Of a DNA stretch of 64,000 bases, positions 32,351 to 43,003 are shown piece after piece (positions within the stretch are counted from its first letter, which is position 1; each line of letters begins with the position of its first letter). Below the pieces are notes generated by a model. The model was not told where the DNA came from and made no database searches. It saw only the letters and a list, made by a program, of their open reading frames with translations. This stretch comes from Calditrichia bacterium (lineage in GTDB: Bacteria; Calditrichota; Calditrichia; JAJRVZ01), in assembly GCA_963796965.1 (NCBI GenBank), contig CAWCNS010000008.1, positions 256,001 through 320,000 on the forward strand, read 5' to 3'. The translations under genes and the position numbers were made by a program.

Positions 32351-32377
32351 GTGTTATCTTTTACAGAAAGGTAACAC
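32351..32377. promoter_or_regulatory. NikR-type operator palindrome GTGTTAT-N13-GTAACAC
   Basis: Inverted repeat 5 bp upstream of the cbiQ start codon; resembles the GTGTTAC-N13/14-GTAACAC NikR motif of deltaproteobacteria. Confidence 0.65.
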
Positions 32378-32800
32378 ACTTTTTTTTGAAAATCAATCAA
32401 ATTCAGAAGCATTTTCAGTCGTTCATTGCGTTCTTTGTATAGGTTTTATAAAATTATTAACACTGTAATACATGAGCTGACTTTTGTAATATGCTATATC
32501 AATTCCGAGGGAATGAGTTGAGGGTAAAAGTGGTTCTAAAATAAAAACATGAGAATGACCAGGTGGTAGATCAAAAAAAAAATAGGTATACCTAAAATTA
32601 CTATGCTTAATCAAAATAGTAAAAATAGAATTTTTATGGGAACCTAACACTATTAAGAGAGTAAAACTAGAGAAACTGCAAGTCCATATCAGATGATTTT
32701 TGATATAATCGGCTAATTATTCTTATTTATTCGAAATTGTTCAAATTTTAAGCTTAAATTATAGATATAATATTTTTAAATTATTTCTTGTCAGGATAAT

Positions 32801-33070
32801 TTGAGTGAACAACAGACGATTCAATTCTTTTCGAAGAAACATTCCAATTATTTTATGAAAAAGATCAGTAGACAACAAGCGGAAGAGATCTTTCTGCATT
32901 CGGAAGTGCTGCATACGCAGATAAAGCAAGATAAAAATGAACTTCGTGTTATTATGTCATTATCAACAAATCAATTATGTCACGTTACCTATAACTATAA
33001 AAGCAAAGAGAAATCGTATCATCTTGACCAGCATGGTAACATCAAATCGCCCTCCCCTTCTCTTCGATAA
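32801..33070 (+). CDS. Small hypothetical protein
   Basis: Isolated + strand ORF with AGGA upstream of TTG; alternative start MKKISRQ. Confidence 0.5.
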   Translation: MSEQQTIQFFSKKHSNYFMKKISRQQAEEIFLHSEVLHTQIKQDKNELRVIMSLSTNQLCHVTYNYKSKEKSYHLDQHGNIKSPSPSLR

Positions 33071-33379
33071 AACAATTCATTATTCTATACATTGATTCAA
33101 CTGAACCTCCGTATGTTAAAGGCAGGTAATATCATCCCAAACGATCGGGATTTATAAAAATGAAATAGGAGTTTAAAATACGTATAAAATCATAACGGAT
33201 AACACTTATCCCGATCCCTATTTAAATATTTAAAATCTTAATTCTACATTCTAAATTCTTAATTGGAATCCTGTTTTGTATATTTTGTGGTATTTTTCCT
33301 ACAACCAGTAGACAAATAAACTGTGGGATAAAACCGGATCTGAATTATCACAACTATCAGACCCGGTCTGTATTGTGGA

Positions 33380-34543
33380 CTATTTTGCGGCTAATTTTGG
33401 TGCGACAGGAAAGGTGATTTTTGTAACCACACCCCCATGGTCAGAAGGCCACAGACCAGATGAGGTCATGTCTCGTTTTTCATCTCCCAGGACAAAAGCC
33501 TCTCCAATGGTTGGATTATTGTCTGCCTTAATAAAATTATAATCAATTCTGATACTAAAACTCGGGGTCGAATTTGTAAGATTTGATTGATGGCCATAGG
33601 TATAACCGTTTCCATTATAGGTTAAAGGATTATCCAGCCAGGTATCAGTATATCCCTGTGAAACAACATATTGATAAGTTTCACCCTGGGTAGCGACAGA
33701 GTTGAAGTCTCCCGCAATAATTACCGGATCAGATTCATTCGAAAGATCGTCTAATAATTGCATGGCCTGGGCTTTTCGCAGAGAAACAATATTGGCCGCT
33801 TCAAGATGGGTGTTTGCAAACACAAAATCGGTTTCCCCAACTTTCACATCCACTTTAACATATCCACGCGGTATCACAATACCAAAATCCGCATCGACAA
33901 CAAGCATTGAATCGTATGTTACAGATTCAGGATTACTAAATTCTACATCATTACGTACCAAGATAATATCGTGATCAACCAATCGCACATCATCCAGCAT
34001 AGGTTCCCCCATATTATCAAAACCAACAAGCATGGGAAGTTCAACATCTGCATTTTGCACCCTTGCTGCAACTGTATATTCCAATCCGCGCGCTTCCAAT
34101 GCATCCATTAGAATATCTTGAAAATTGTAGAGAGGATCTGAGGCTTTAACAGGATTCCCCAACAGGAAATCACTCGGACTCTGCCTAAAAGTATTTGACA
34201 TCTCTTGTAAACCAACCACATGAGGCATGGTCTTTTCTATTTCCAAGGCAATGGCATTTGCCCGGTCCGGAAAATTTGTGGATTCCATTTGCTGAAATGC
34301 AACTTGAGCAAGCAAGGGAATCTGTGTAATATTTTCAGCCTCTAATACGATATCGACATCCATACCAACATAAACGTTCCGGGACATAACTTTCACTACT
34401 CCAGTCCCCTCATCATCTTTGAAGGCATTCAACTTTTCCTCTTCTTTGTTCGGGTCAAGATCTTCCGTAGGTTCGGAACTGCTTTTACATCCAATGCTGA
34501 AAGCTAGCGTCAAGGATAAAATCACATATAAAAGTATTTTCAT
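33380..34543 (-). CDS. Endonuclease/exonuclease/phosphatase family lipoprotein
   Basis: Lipobox SIGC; VMSRN, GLQE, NTHLE, AGDFNS, RIDY, PSDH. Confidence 0.9.
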   Translation of the reverse strand: MKILLYVILSLTLAFSIGCKSSSEPTEDLDPNKEEEKLNAFKDDEGTGVVKVMSRNVYVGMDVDIVLEAENITQIPLLAQVAFQQMESTNFPDRANAIALEIEKTMPHVVGLQEMSNTFRQSPSDFLLGNPVKASDPLYNFQDILMDALEARGLEYTVAARVQNADVELPMLVGFDNMGEPMLDDVRLVDHDIILVRNDVEFSNPESVTYDSMLVVDADFGIVIPRGYVKVDVKVGETDFVFANTHLEAANIVSLRKAQAMQLLDDLSNESDPVIIAGDFNSVATQGETYQYVVSQGYTDTWLDNPLTYNGNGYTYGHQSNLTNSTPSFSIRIDYNFIKADNNPTIGEAFVLGDEKRDMTSSGLWPSDHGGVVTKITFPVAPKLAAK

Positions 34544-34603
34544 TTTCTTCTCCTTTAGTAAACTTCAGGTTATGTCAAACAAATGGGGTTTTTTAAGACT
34601 TCT

Positions 34604-34686
34604 TTAACGCTGAGAACACTGAGTTCCGCAGAGTAATTTCTAAAATTTAATAATTTTCTTTGCGCTCTCCACGAACTCTGCGTTAA
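34604..34686. repeat. Intergenic palindrome of 9-bp cgcagag-type units
   Basis: ttaacgctgagaacactgagttccgcagag ... ctttgcgctctccacgaactctgcgttaa. Confidence 0.7.
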
Positions 34687-34804
34687 TAAAATATTTAACA
34701 TACACCTACAAACAGATTTCAAATTTTACTACTTTTGAGACTAGGTAAACTCCTACCAACGAAACACATCTTATATATTATTCCTTATACCGAATTTACA
34801 TCTT

Positions 34805-35774
34805 TTACCAGGGCATTTCACGTTTTGTAAACTTTCTTCCTTTTTCTGCAGCATCCTGGCGACTTCCAGCCCCAATTTTGACGCCCCAATCCAACTTTTC
34901 AATAACATTTTCCGGAATGACATTGTCCAAAAAGGCCAGGCCATTTTTTTTACAAAGATCAAGGACAATTTGTCCTGCGGCATTAACCTCTTCCGGAACG
35001 GGAGGATCAGCCCGTCCTTCCAAATATCCATAAGAAAATCCCATATCCCGCGGACCATGTTCTGCGAAAGCCAACCCGGGAATGGCGGTTGTTTCTGCTG
35101 CATTACCTAAAGCGATTTGATCCTCAATTTTAATTCCCAACATGAGCTCACCATTTGGGTTTAATGGCCAGACATCGGCTTTTTTGAGATATTCGTCCTC
35201 TTCCACACCCCAAATTGAAGCGGCAAATTTATGGCTGCCCCAGCCTCGTAATCCCTCGCCCAATATATCAATCTCCTGTTTATGGATAGGGTATCGGGCA
35301 TTTTGAACAAATCGTTTTACAGCCTCAGGATCCCTGGCTCTTACCAAATGAACACCATGGACTCCCTGAGATATAACTTGTTGGATCATCCATGATCCGC
35401 CTTTGAATGTTATCTCATCAATCCCCAATACCGGAACTATGGCAATTACCGTGGGTGTACGATGGCCGCTTGGTGTCGGTCCACCATCAACTAAACCTTG
35501 CATAAAATCGTGCAATAAAGTTATATCGTAGGGTTTATGTTCCATATTATAAACAATATAATCAGCCCAGGTCTTGGCCATTTTTACTCCCTCTTCATAT
35601 CCACCATATCCAGATTTATAATAAATAGGCTGACCAGATTCGAGCAATTCAATACATTTATTAACACGTTTCGGTGTCCAGGTTTTATCCTGAGACTTCT
35701 GATGTATTTAGAAACAACAAAAGAACGACTGTGATACTGAGTATTTTAAAATCTTTTCTTCTCAACCAATCCAT
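34805..35774 (-). CDS. HpcH/HpaI aldolase/citrate-lyase family protein with a predicted signal peptide; frameshift near 35697
   Basis: YNMEH, HGVHL, GIKIED, HGPRDM; RBS GGAGG then MDWLRRKDFKILSITVVLLLF, shifting into SQDKTWTPKRVNKCIELLE. Confidence 0.78.
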
Positions 35775-35862
35775 TAAATCCTCCCCGTATAAATATATAT
35801 TTTATAAACAACCAATACCTGAATATTGAAAATGAGTTATCAAGTCCTTGTTAACTATAAAT

Positions 35863-35890
35863 GTAGCGACGCGATTAATTGCGCCATTAT
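35863..35890. repeat. GTAG-type REP-like palindrome
   Basis: GTAGCGACGCGATTAATTGCGCCATTAT, degenerate inverted repeat. Confidence 0.45.
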
Positions 35891-35968
35891 ATTTACATGA
35901 TATGAATAAGAGAGTCTGTATATCTATTTTTGAGCCAAACATTTATGACAATTTAAAATACTAAAAAA

Positions 35969-37593
35969 TTACCACAGCGTATAAGTGGGAAGCACATAAA
36001 ATACCATTTCGCCTGCAAAATCTCCCCAGATGGTAAGGGTATCGATGTCATTTTTTTGGACAACACCCCAGGTTTTACCAGCACGAACCACCCGGTTAGC
36101 CAGCTCATTGTGCTTCAACTTTTCCCCCACCAGGACCACCTTTGTTACAAATTGTTTTCGTTGGTATATGACAGATCCGGCAATAAGTTCCCGGTCATCT
36201 TTTATAAAATCGGGAGAGTAGTCCCCGCTATCGGGTTCACCCTTAATATGGTTATTATGCACATCCGCATCAATCTTTAAGTCATATCTTCGCCCAAATC
36301 AGATTATTACTTATTTCACCTTTTTTCAACCCTTTTTTTGTTTCTACAAACAGAAAATCATCAAGGATAATATTTTCCGATACTTTTACCTCACTCCTCT
36401 GAAAATATATGCCATTATTAAAAGCGGTTATATTCCGTTGAAAGATTCCCCGGCTTTCCATTGTAAATCGCATGGCACCTGAATTCATTGAACTGTTTTT
36501 ATTACCCAGGAAGATATTTTCTTTAACATCCACAAAGAATTTGTCTTTGGGTGGAAGGGGATCGAGAGGGCTATCATAGCGATGTTCCTGGCCACCTACA
36601 AATAATCCACCCGCATCATCACCTGCATCATTATCGATAAATAAATTTCCTTTAACGACAGCGGAACTCCAAAGTGCAATAAATATTCCACCCGCATCAT
36701 TCGATGCCAGGGCTTTATTGCTTAAAACAATGTTATTTTCTATGCGAGCATCACACCAATCGAAAATTGAAATTGCCCCCCCATCACTACTGCGCATGGG
36801 ATCATCCAGGCCGGCTCACATTATTTAAGAAGACGTTTTCTGCTATAAGTGGATTACATCTTCGTGTGGGCGGCAATTCCCGGGCCACGGCCATTCTCCG
36901 TGCTATTTTCTACAAAAAGATTGTTGGTTATTTCTGCGGAGGATTCGTTTAACAGGTAAACCGCAGCCCCATCATTAGTATTTCATGCAAAAACTTGGGA
37001 TTCCAGGGTATTGGTTTTAGGGTTTTGTTCCGCCAAAAAATATTATTACTTAGAACCGGTGAGGTATCCCTCACAATATACCCCAGCACCTTTACCTCTT
37101 ATCTGTCCCTGATAAATGACAAAACCATCAACTTTGGCATTATTGGCTCCGATCAGAACACGTCTCCTGCCCTCTCCTGAGAGATAACTGGGAAATTTGT
37201 GAATATCCCGTTTCCAATTCTCCTCACTAAAACCACCGATAGAAGTCCACATATTCTCTCAACAGTATGGTGTTATTTGAATATTCACCAGCAGATACCA
37301 GGACAGCATATCGATTAGTCCTTGTGTGGCATCATTAATTTGGGAGAGGGCAAAATCCGGAGACCGCCAGGGTTTATCAACTGTGCCAAGCCCCTTATCA
37401 TCTGAACCCTTTTCCGATGAAACATAGAATATTTTAGAATACATCATCTCAATTAACATGCAACGGTCTTTGGACCAGTAATATTTTTGGGTTTTTCTGC
37501 ATTTCTATTTTCAGAGATCCTCTCACTATTACATGAGATAAAGACCGATGCCCCAAGAACAAGCACTGAAAGGATAGTTATAATCTTACTCAC
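35969..37593 (-). CDS. Exported right-handed beta-helix protein (DUF1565-like N-terminus), fragmented by several frameshifts
   Basis: AGGAG RBS and GTG at 37593; FYVSSEKGSD..GTVDKPW; repeated GGAI/GGIF/GGLF and N-ladder motifs across five ORF pieces. Confidence 0.7.
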
Positions 37594-37611
37594 AAGCGAC
37601 TCCTATATTTA

Positions 37612-40107
37612 TCAGTTATGATCAACAAACTGCATCGCATATAATTTGCACCCCCTTAATCGAAAAACAATTTTCACCTCTTTTCCTTCCAGGGCTGACA
37701 GGTCTTTTGAAAATTTCAGTTCCTTTTTAACCTTGGAAATATCATCAATCTTTTTGCCTTCATACTCTCTAAAATCGCGCCAGTTTGGAAACCATTCAAC
37801 CTCGGTTTCAACAAAATCTCCATTAATATAGATACAATCATCTACCGAATATCCTTTGATCGGATTTCCCTCTTTATCGACAAAACCAACCTGGGCATAA
37901 CCTGTTGCATCTGTATCTATATTTAGTACAAGACGATTTCCTTTAAAAACAATAGGTTTGGTTATCATGGTTGCTTCTTTGTCGTATGGCGCATCAACCG
38001 AAACAAAGCCATCCAACCTCTGCACCAATCGATATACGGCATTCCCGGATTTATTTCTCTTCCAGGCAGAATGGTATTGATTTTCTCCGAAATAATATTG
38101 CCAAATCTCATCTCCCCGGCGAACCATACCATGAGCAATATAGGCCGTATAAACATCCCTGTCTGCATGGATTCCAATGCCCACATAGGTTGGTTTAGGC
38201 AATCGGTTCCAGTCAACCCCGTTGCGACTTACCTCGATCTGTGTTTCAACCGGACCTGAACCCCGTCCTCGCTCCGGATCCATTAATATCTGTCGTGTGG
38301 GTGGTCCGTCCAGTTCATAATGGAAATAGACAATTGGGAATGCCAGATAGGTATCAGGCGCCCAGGGATATTTTTGAGCCTTTGTAACATAGATATCTGT
38401 ACCAACCGGATCTTCCGGAATTGGATCAAACCTATGTGGAAATTCCAGGCCGAATCCGCCCGGCGTCAAAGGTCCATTATCCAGGTACCATGGTAGAGGA
38501 TCTCTGAGAGGCAAAGTTTTTGCTCTTTCCTGGTAATCTTTCTGGGTTAATGGCTTATAGGGAATGGGTTGATAGAGGTTTTTTGTCTCAGCCAGAACTG
38601 ATCCTCTCTGCGTCGCACCAGCCGGCGTTTTAAATATCCCGGTACGATGATAACTTACATATAATTGTCTCTGATCATCATAAAATGTACAGGATTGTGT
38701 CCCCGATCTAAAGGGGAGTAAGGCTGTTTTGTGGCGGATCCATTGATAGCCGTCGGGAGAGGTGTAGACATAGATTCCCCGGCGATGATATCCGCTGATA
38801 TATTTCCATTTTCTCTCAGGAGGTCCATTTACATCGATAAAGGGATTCCCGAGACCACCGACCATCTCGTGGATCACAATATTTTTTTGACCGCGGTATT
38901 CCTTACCCATATCCGGTCGCTTAAAATTAACACCATCTTTTGAGATCCTAACGGCTAAATAATCATCATGTATTGAATTATAGATCCGGATTACCCCATC
39001 CTCGTCTTCAACAACCGTCAAATGTTTTCTGAAAGGACCCTCAATATTTTCGATAACACGTTCCGCTTTCCGGGGCGGATTGACAACAAATGATACATCT
39101 TTTTTGCTTTCAATAAGGGCATCATCGATAAAAAGATGTTTGCGATCCATGAGCAGATAGGTTTCATTTTTTTTACCTTTTTCAGAGAAGAGTAGAGGTA
39201 AACCTTTCTTTAAGTCAACCCGGTTTTCACTGGAGACAAAACTTGAGGGTGGATTAAAATCTTTTTCATATAAAGTTTCAGATGATATACGTAACTCGTC
39301 AAGACTTCCCTGTAAGGGTTGATTCCATGAGCCATCCCTCCCTAAACTAAAATAGGATTCTTCTCCTTCTTCGAGGGATTTGAACTTTAGATTTGGTTTG
39401 GTGTCCTGTAATTTACCATCAATAAAGTGTTTTAGTACTTTTTTATCAGACGAATAGGAGAAAGCGAGGTGATGCCATTCTTTACCATCCGCTTTTAAGG
39501 CCTCACCATCGGAGGAAATGCTAACGGATGTTCCAGACGGTTCATTCTCAATAATGAAACCTGCCATGCTTTTTTTAAATAAGAGTCTTGTAATTTTATC
39601 GTTTTCACCTCGCGGACCTTGACCGATTTCAAAAACACACCCATTTTCATTGCTTGAATTATCAGATTTAAACCAAAACTCCACTGTCCAGTCAAAATCA
39701 CCAAGATTTAACTTTGATTTTGAAGCATTGGCAAATCCAACTTCTTTTCTAAGGTGATTTTGCCCATTTGTCATGATAGCACAAAAATTGGTATTCATCC
39801 AATTCATCGGCTCCATGGTTCTGCCATCCGGAATGGGTAGGGAACTCAATCCAAATCTTGCCTCTCCAGGAGGTAGTTTCACCGACGGTTGTTCTTGTGT
39901 TGATAGGGCATTACCAAATTTCCCAGGTATAATTGTTCCGCCAGAACCGATAACCAGGACATGATCACTATCTGAAGCATCATCAATAGCATGGCTTGGA
40001 TATAGCCCGAGCGGTTCATCAAACAACCATAATGCCACCGTTTGAGAATTTGCTGATATGTCAAATAAAGTGATTATAAAGATTATGAATACTAATACTT
40101 TATTCAT
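37612..40107 (-). CDS. Exported LamG/concanavalin-like domain plus five-bladed beta-propeller putative glycoside hydrolase
   Basis: Signal peptide; TVALWLFDE, WTVEFW, WHHLA, GSLDELRIS; KHLFIDD, SKDGVNF/SPDGYQW/SRNGVDW boxes; RLDGFVS. Confidence 0.8.
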   Translation of the reverse strand: MNKVLVFIIFIITLFDISANSQTVALWLFDEPLGLYPSHAIDDASDSDHVLVIGSGGTIIPGKFGNALSTQEQPSVKLPPGEARFGLSSLPIPDGRTMEPMNWMNTNFCAIMTNGQNHLRKEVGFANASKSKLNLGDFDWTVEFWFKSDNSSNENGCVFEIGQGPRGENDKITRLLFKKSMAGFIIENEPSGTSVSISSDGEALKADGKEWHHLAFSYSSDKKVLKHFIDGKLQDTKPNLKFKSLEEGEESYFSLGRDGSWNQPLQGSLDELRISSETLYEKDFNPPSSFVSSENRVDLKKGLPLLFSEKGKKNETYLLMDRKHLFIDDALIESKKDVSFVVNPPRKAERVIENIEGPFRKHLTVVEDEDGVIRIYNSIHDDYLAVRISKDGVNFKRPDMGKEYRGQKNIVIHEMVGGLGNPFIDVNGPPERKWKYISGYHRRGIYVYTSPDGYQWIRHKTALLPFRSGTQSCTFYDDQRQLYVSYHRTGIFKTPAGATQRGSVLAETKNLYQPIPYKPLTQKDYQERAKTLPLRDPLPWYLDNGPLTPGGFGLEFPHRFDPIPEDPVGTDIYVTKAQKYPWAPDTYLAFPIVYFHYELDGPPTRQILMDPERGRGSGPVETQIEVSRNGVDWNRLPKPTYVGIGIHADRDVYTAYIAHGMVRRGDEIWQYYFGENQYHSAWKRNKSGNAVYRLVQRLDGFVSVDAPYDKEATMITKPIVFKGNRLVLNIDTDATGYAQVGFVDKEGNPIKGYSVDDCIYINGDFVETEVEWFPNWRDFREYEGKKIDDISKVKKELKFSKDLSALEGKEVKIVFRLRGCKLYAMQFVDHN

Positions 40108-40164
40108 ATTTCCATCTCCTGATAAAAAATATCACATCTATCAATTAAATAATTCTAATGTTGT

Positions 40165-40413
40165 ATTTAACCTAATCAGTTCTCTAATATCTCTCGCAGA
40201 GAGGCGGAATTTTTATTTGATTCATTGTCATTCTGAAAGAATCTTCCTTGGAGAATAACATTAATCTACATGCTGAAAGATCCCTATCCCAAAACACGAT
40301 CCCGTTCCGGGACGGGATGATATGAGGATGAGATATCTTTCATCTATTATCCTTCCATAACTTTTTCTTTGCGTCTCTGCGTCTTTGCGAGAAATGATTT
40401 ATCAAGGTTAAAT
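40165..40413. repeat. Multi-layer nested palindromic element between the two LamG-propeller paralogs
   Basis: atttaacct..aggttaaat outer arms; tctcgcagag..ctttgcgtctctgcgtctttgcgaga; inner tgtcattctgaa..gggatga; hairpin atcccgttccgggacgggat. Confidence 0.6.
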
Positions 40414-40435
40414 TTAATGAGTTAATTTTTAATCA

Positions 40436-42955
40436 TCATTTTACAAATTGCATGGAGTATAATTTACAACCCCTCAATCGAAAAACAATTTGAACTTCTT
40501 TTCCTTCGAGAGAGGCAAGATCTTTTGTAAAGTGGAATTTGCCATCAATATTTCCCACATCTTCAATTCGTTTTCCATCATTGGCGGTGAATTCTTTCCA
40601 ATTTGGAAACCATTCAACCTCGGTTTCTATAAAATCACCATTTATATAGATGCAATCATCAACAGAAAAGTCTTTAATTTCATTTCCATTTTTATCTAAA
40701 AAACCAATCTGAGCATAGCCTGTAGCGTCTGTATCGATATTGAGCACTAGCCGATTGCCTTTAAAAGTCAGCGGCTTAGAAATCATTACCGCCTCTTTCT
40801 CATAGGGTCCATCGGCAGAAACGAATCCATCGAAGCGTTGTACCACACGGTAGACAGCGTTCTTGGATTTATCTTTATTCCAGGTGGAATGATAAATCTC
40901 CGTTCCAAAATAGTATTGCCATATCTCATTACCCCGTCTAATCAAACCGTGGGCCATATAGGCCTGATTTACCGGCCATCCCTGGTGCTTTCCATTGCCT
41001 ACATAGGCCGGACGGGGGTAGCGCTGCCAGTCAACACCATTTCGGCTGACAGAGAGCTGGGTTTCGATCGGTCCAGAGCCACGCTTCCGATCAGGATCCA
41101 TTAGAATCATTCTGGTGAGAGGAAAGGTTTCTTCATAATGAAAGTACATTACTGGAAAAGCGAAATAAGTATCGGGTGCCCAGGGATATTTGATCGCCTT
41201 GGGGACATAAACATCAGTTTCACGAGGATCCAGATTATCGTCCGGCGTAAATACCCAGGGATATTCAAAGGCAAAGCCACCAGGGGTTAAAGGGCCATTA
41301 TCCAGATACCATGGAATTAGGTCATGAACTCTTCTTCTCTTTGCCAGTGCAATTGATTTCTCCTGGCTTACCGGATAAAAGGGCCAGGGTTTGAGAATAT
41401 CTGTTGTTTCAGTCATCACGAAATCCCTCTCCGTGTCTCCGCTTAATGTTCTACCAAAATCTGAACGGTGATATGAGGCATAAATTTGGCGTTGTTCGTC
41501 ATAAAACAAAGTAGACTGAGAGCCTGAGCGAAAAGGCAAAACAGCAATTCTTTTTCTTTTAAAGGACCAACCATCCGGAGAGGTGAAAATGAATATGCCC
41601 CGGCGGTGGTAATCACTGATATATTTCCATCTTTCATCCACAGGTGCATTTAGATCTACAAACACGATACCCATCCCTGTAGATTCGTGCAACACAATAT
41701 TTGTACGATCCCGGAATTTCCCATTAGGCAGATCTGGTATTTCCCAGTTAATTCCATCTTTAGACGTTCTTACAGCCAGATAATCCTCATCAACTGCATT
41801 ATAGAGGCGTAATAAACCATCTTCATCCTCCACAATGTTTAAATGCTTGCGAAATGGACCATCAATATTATCTATAACCCGTTCAGCTGAAACGCGGTGG
41901 ATTAACAACAAATTTTATCTCACCTTTATCAGCGATTAAAGCATCATCTATAAACAGGTGTTTTCTATCTCCCAAATCTAACACCGTTGCGTCATTATCA
42001 AAAAGTAAAGATCTGCCGGTTTTTAAATGCGTCCGAACTTTTTCTGGTTGATTGAGATATGAGAAACTTGTGGGGAGACTAAAATCCTTAGTATAAACCA
42101 ATCCGGCAGAAAAACGCAATTCATCAATAGCTCCGGGTAGAGGCCTTTCCCACTGACCATCCCGCCCAATACTCATATAATCCTCTTCTCCTTCATCAAG
42201 AGATTTAAAGGAACATTTTTGAGGACGGATCTGCAGTTTGCCATTCACATAATGGGAAAGTTGTCGATTATTATGATCATAAACGAAGGCCAGATGACTC
42301 CATTTACCTGACGAGGGACTTAAGTCATAAGCACTGGATGATATCTCCAGACGTACATCTGTTCTGGCATTATTTAAGATAAAGCCAGATTGATCTTCGT
42401 TTAGTATCAACTGTGTGACATCATCATTCTCTCCCCTTGGTCCCGTTCCAATTTCAAAAACAACGCCTTCATTATCTGTTTTTCGTATCGGCAAATACCA
42501 AAATTCGATCGTCCAGTCAAAATTACCGATATTCAATTTTGTTTTTGTGGGCTGACAGAAGCCCACTTCCTTACGCAAATGATTTTCGCCACTGGTCATC
42601 AGGGCAGAGAAATTTGTATTTAACCATGACATGGGTGTTATGGTTCTCCCGGCAGGAACTGGTGCATTTTTAATCCAAACCGGATATTATCTTCTTCAGG
42701 AAGAATCAATCAGCTGGTTGACTCGATTGGATCAAGTGCATTGCCAAATTTCCCTTCGACGATTTGTCCTCCTGGTCCGAGAACGAGCGGATAATCATTA
42801 TCTGATACATCACTCATGACACAGCTGGGATAAATACCGATTTGCTCATCAAAAGGCCACAACGCAATCGTCTGGGCCAACGAGAAATCCAATAAAAAGA
42901 TAAATAGGCCTAATAATATATAAATTATTATTCCTCTACTTGCTTTATTTTGCAT
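40436..42955 (-). CDS. Paralog of 37612-40107 (LamG plus beta-propeller), split by two frameshifts
   Basis: Three ORF pieces align collinearly with the paralog (TIALWPFDE, ENHLRKEVGF, KHLFIDD, WYLDNGPLTPGGF, IVFRLRGCKLY). Confidence 0.82.
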
Positions 42956-43003
42956 AAAATGTTCACCTTCTTCTAGTATTTACACCATCAAATTAGGTTG
43001 ACA

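Noticed and set aside
32378..32800. Cobalamin riboswitch upstream of cbiQ/cbiO/TonB
   Set aside because: I could not identify a B12-box or conserved core, and the region is very AT-rich; an Rfam scan would settle it.
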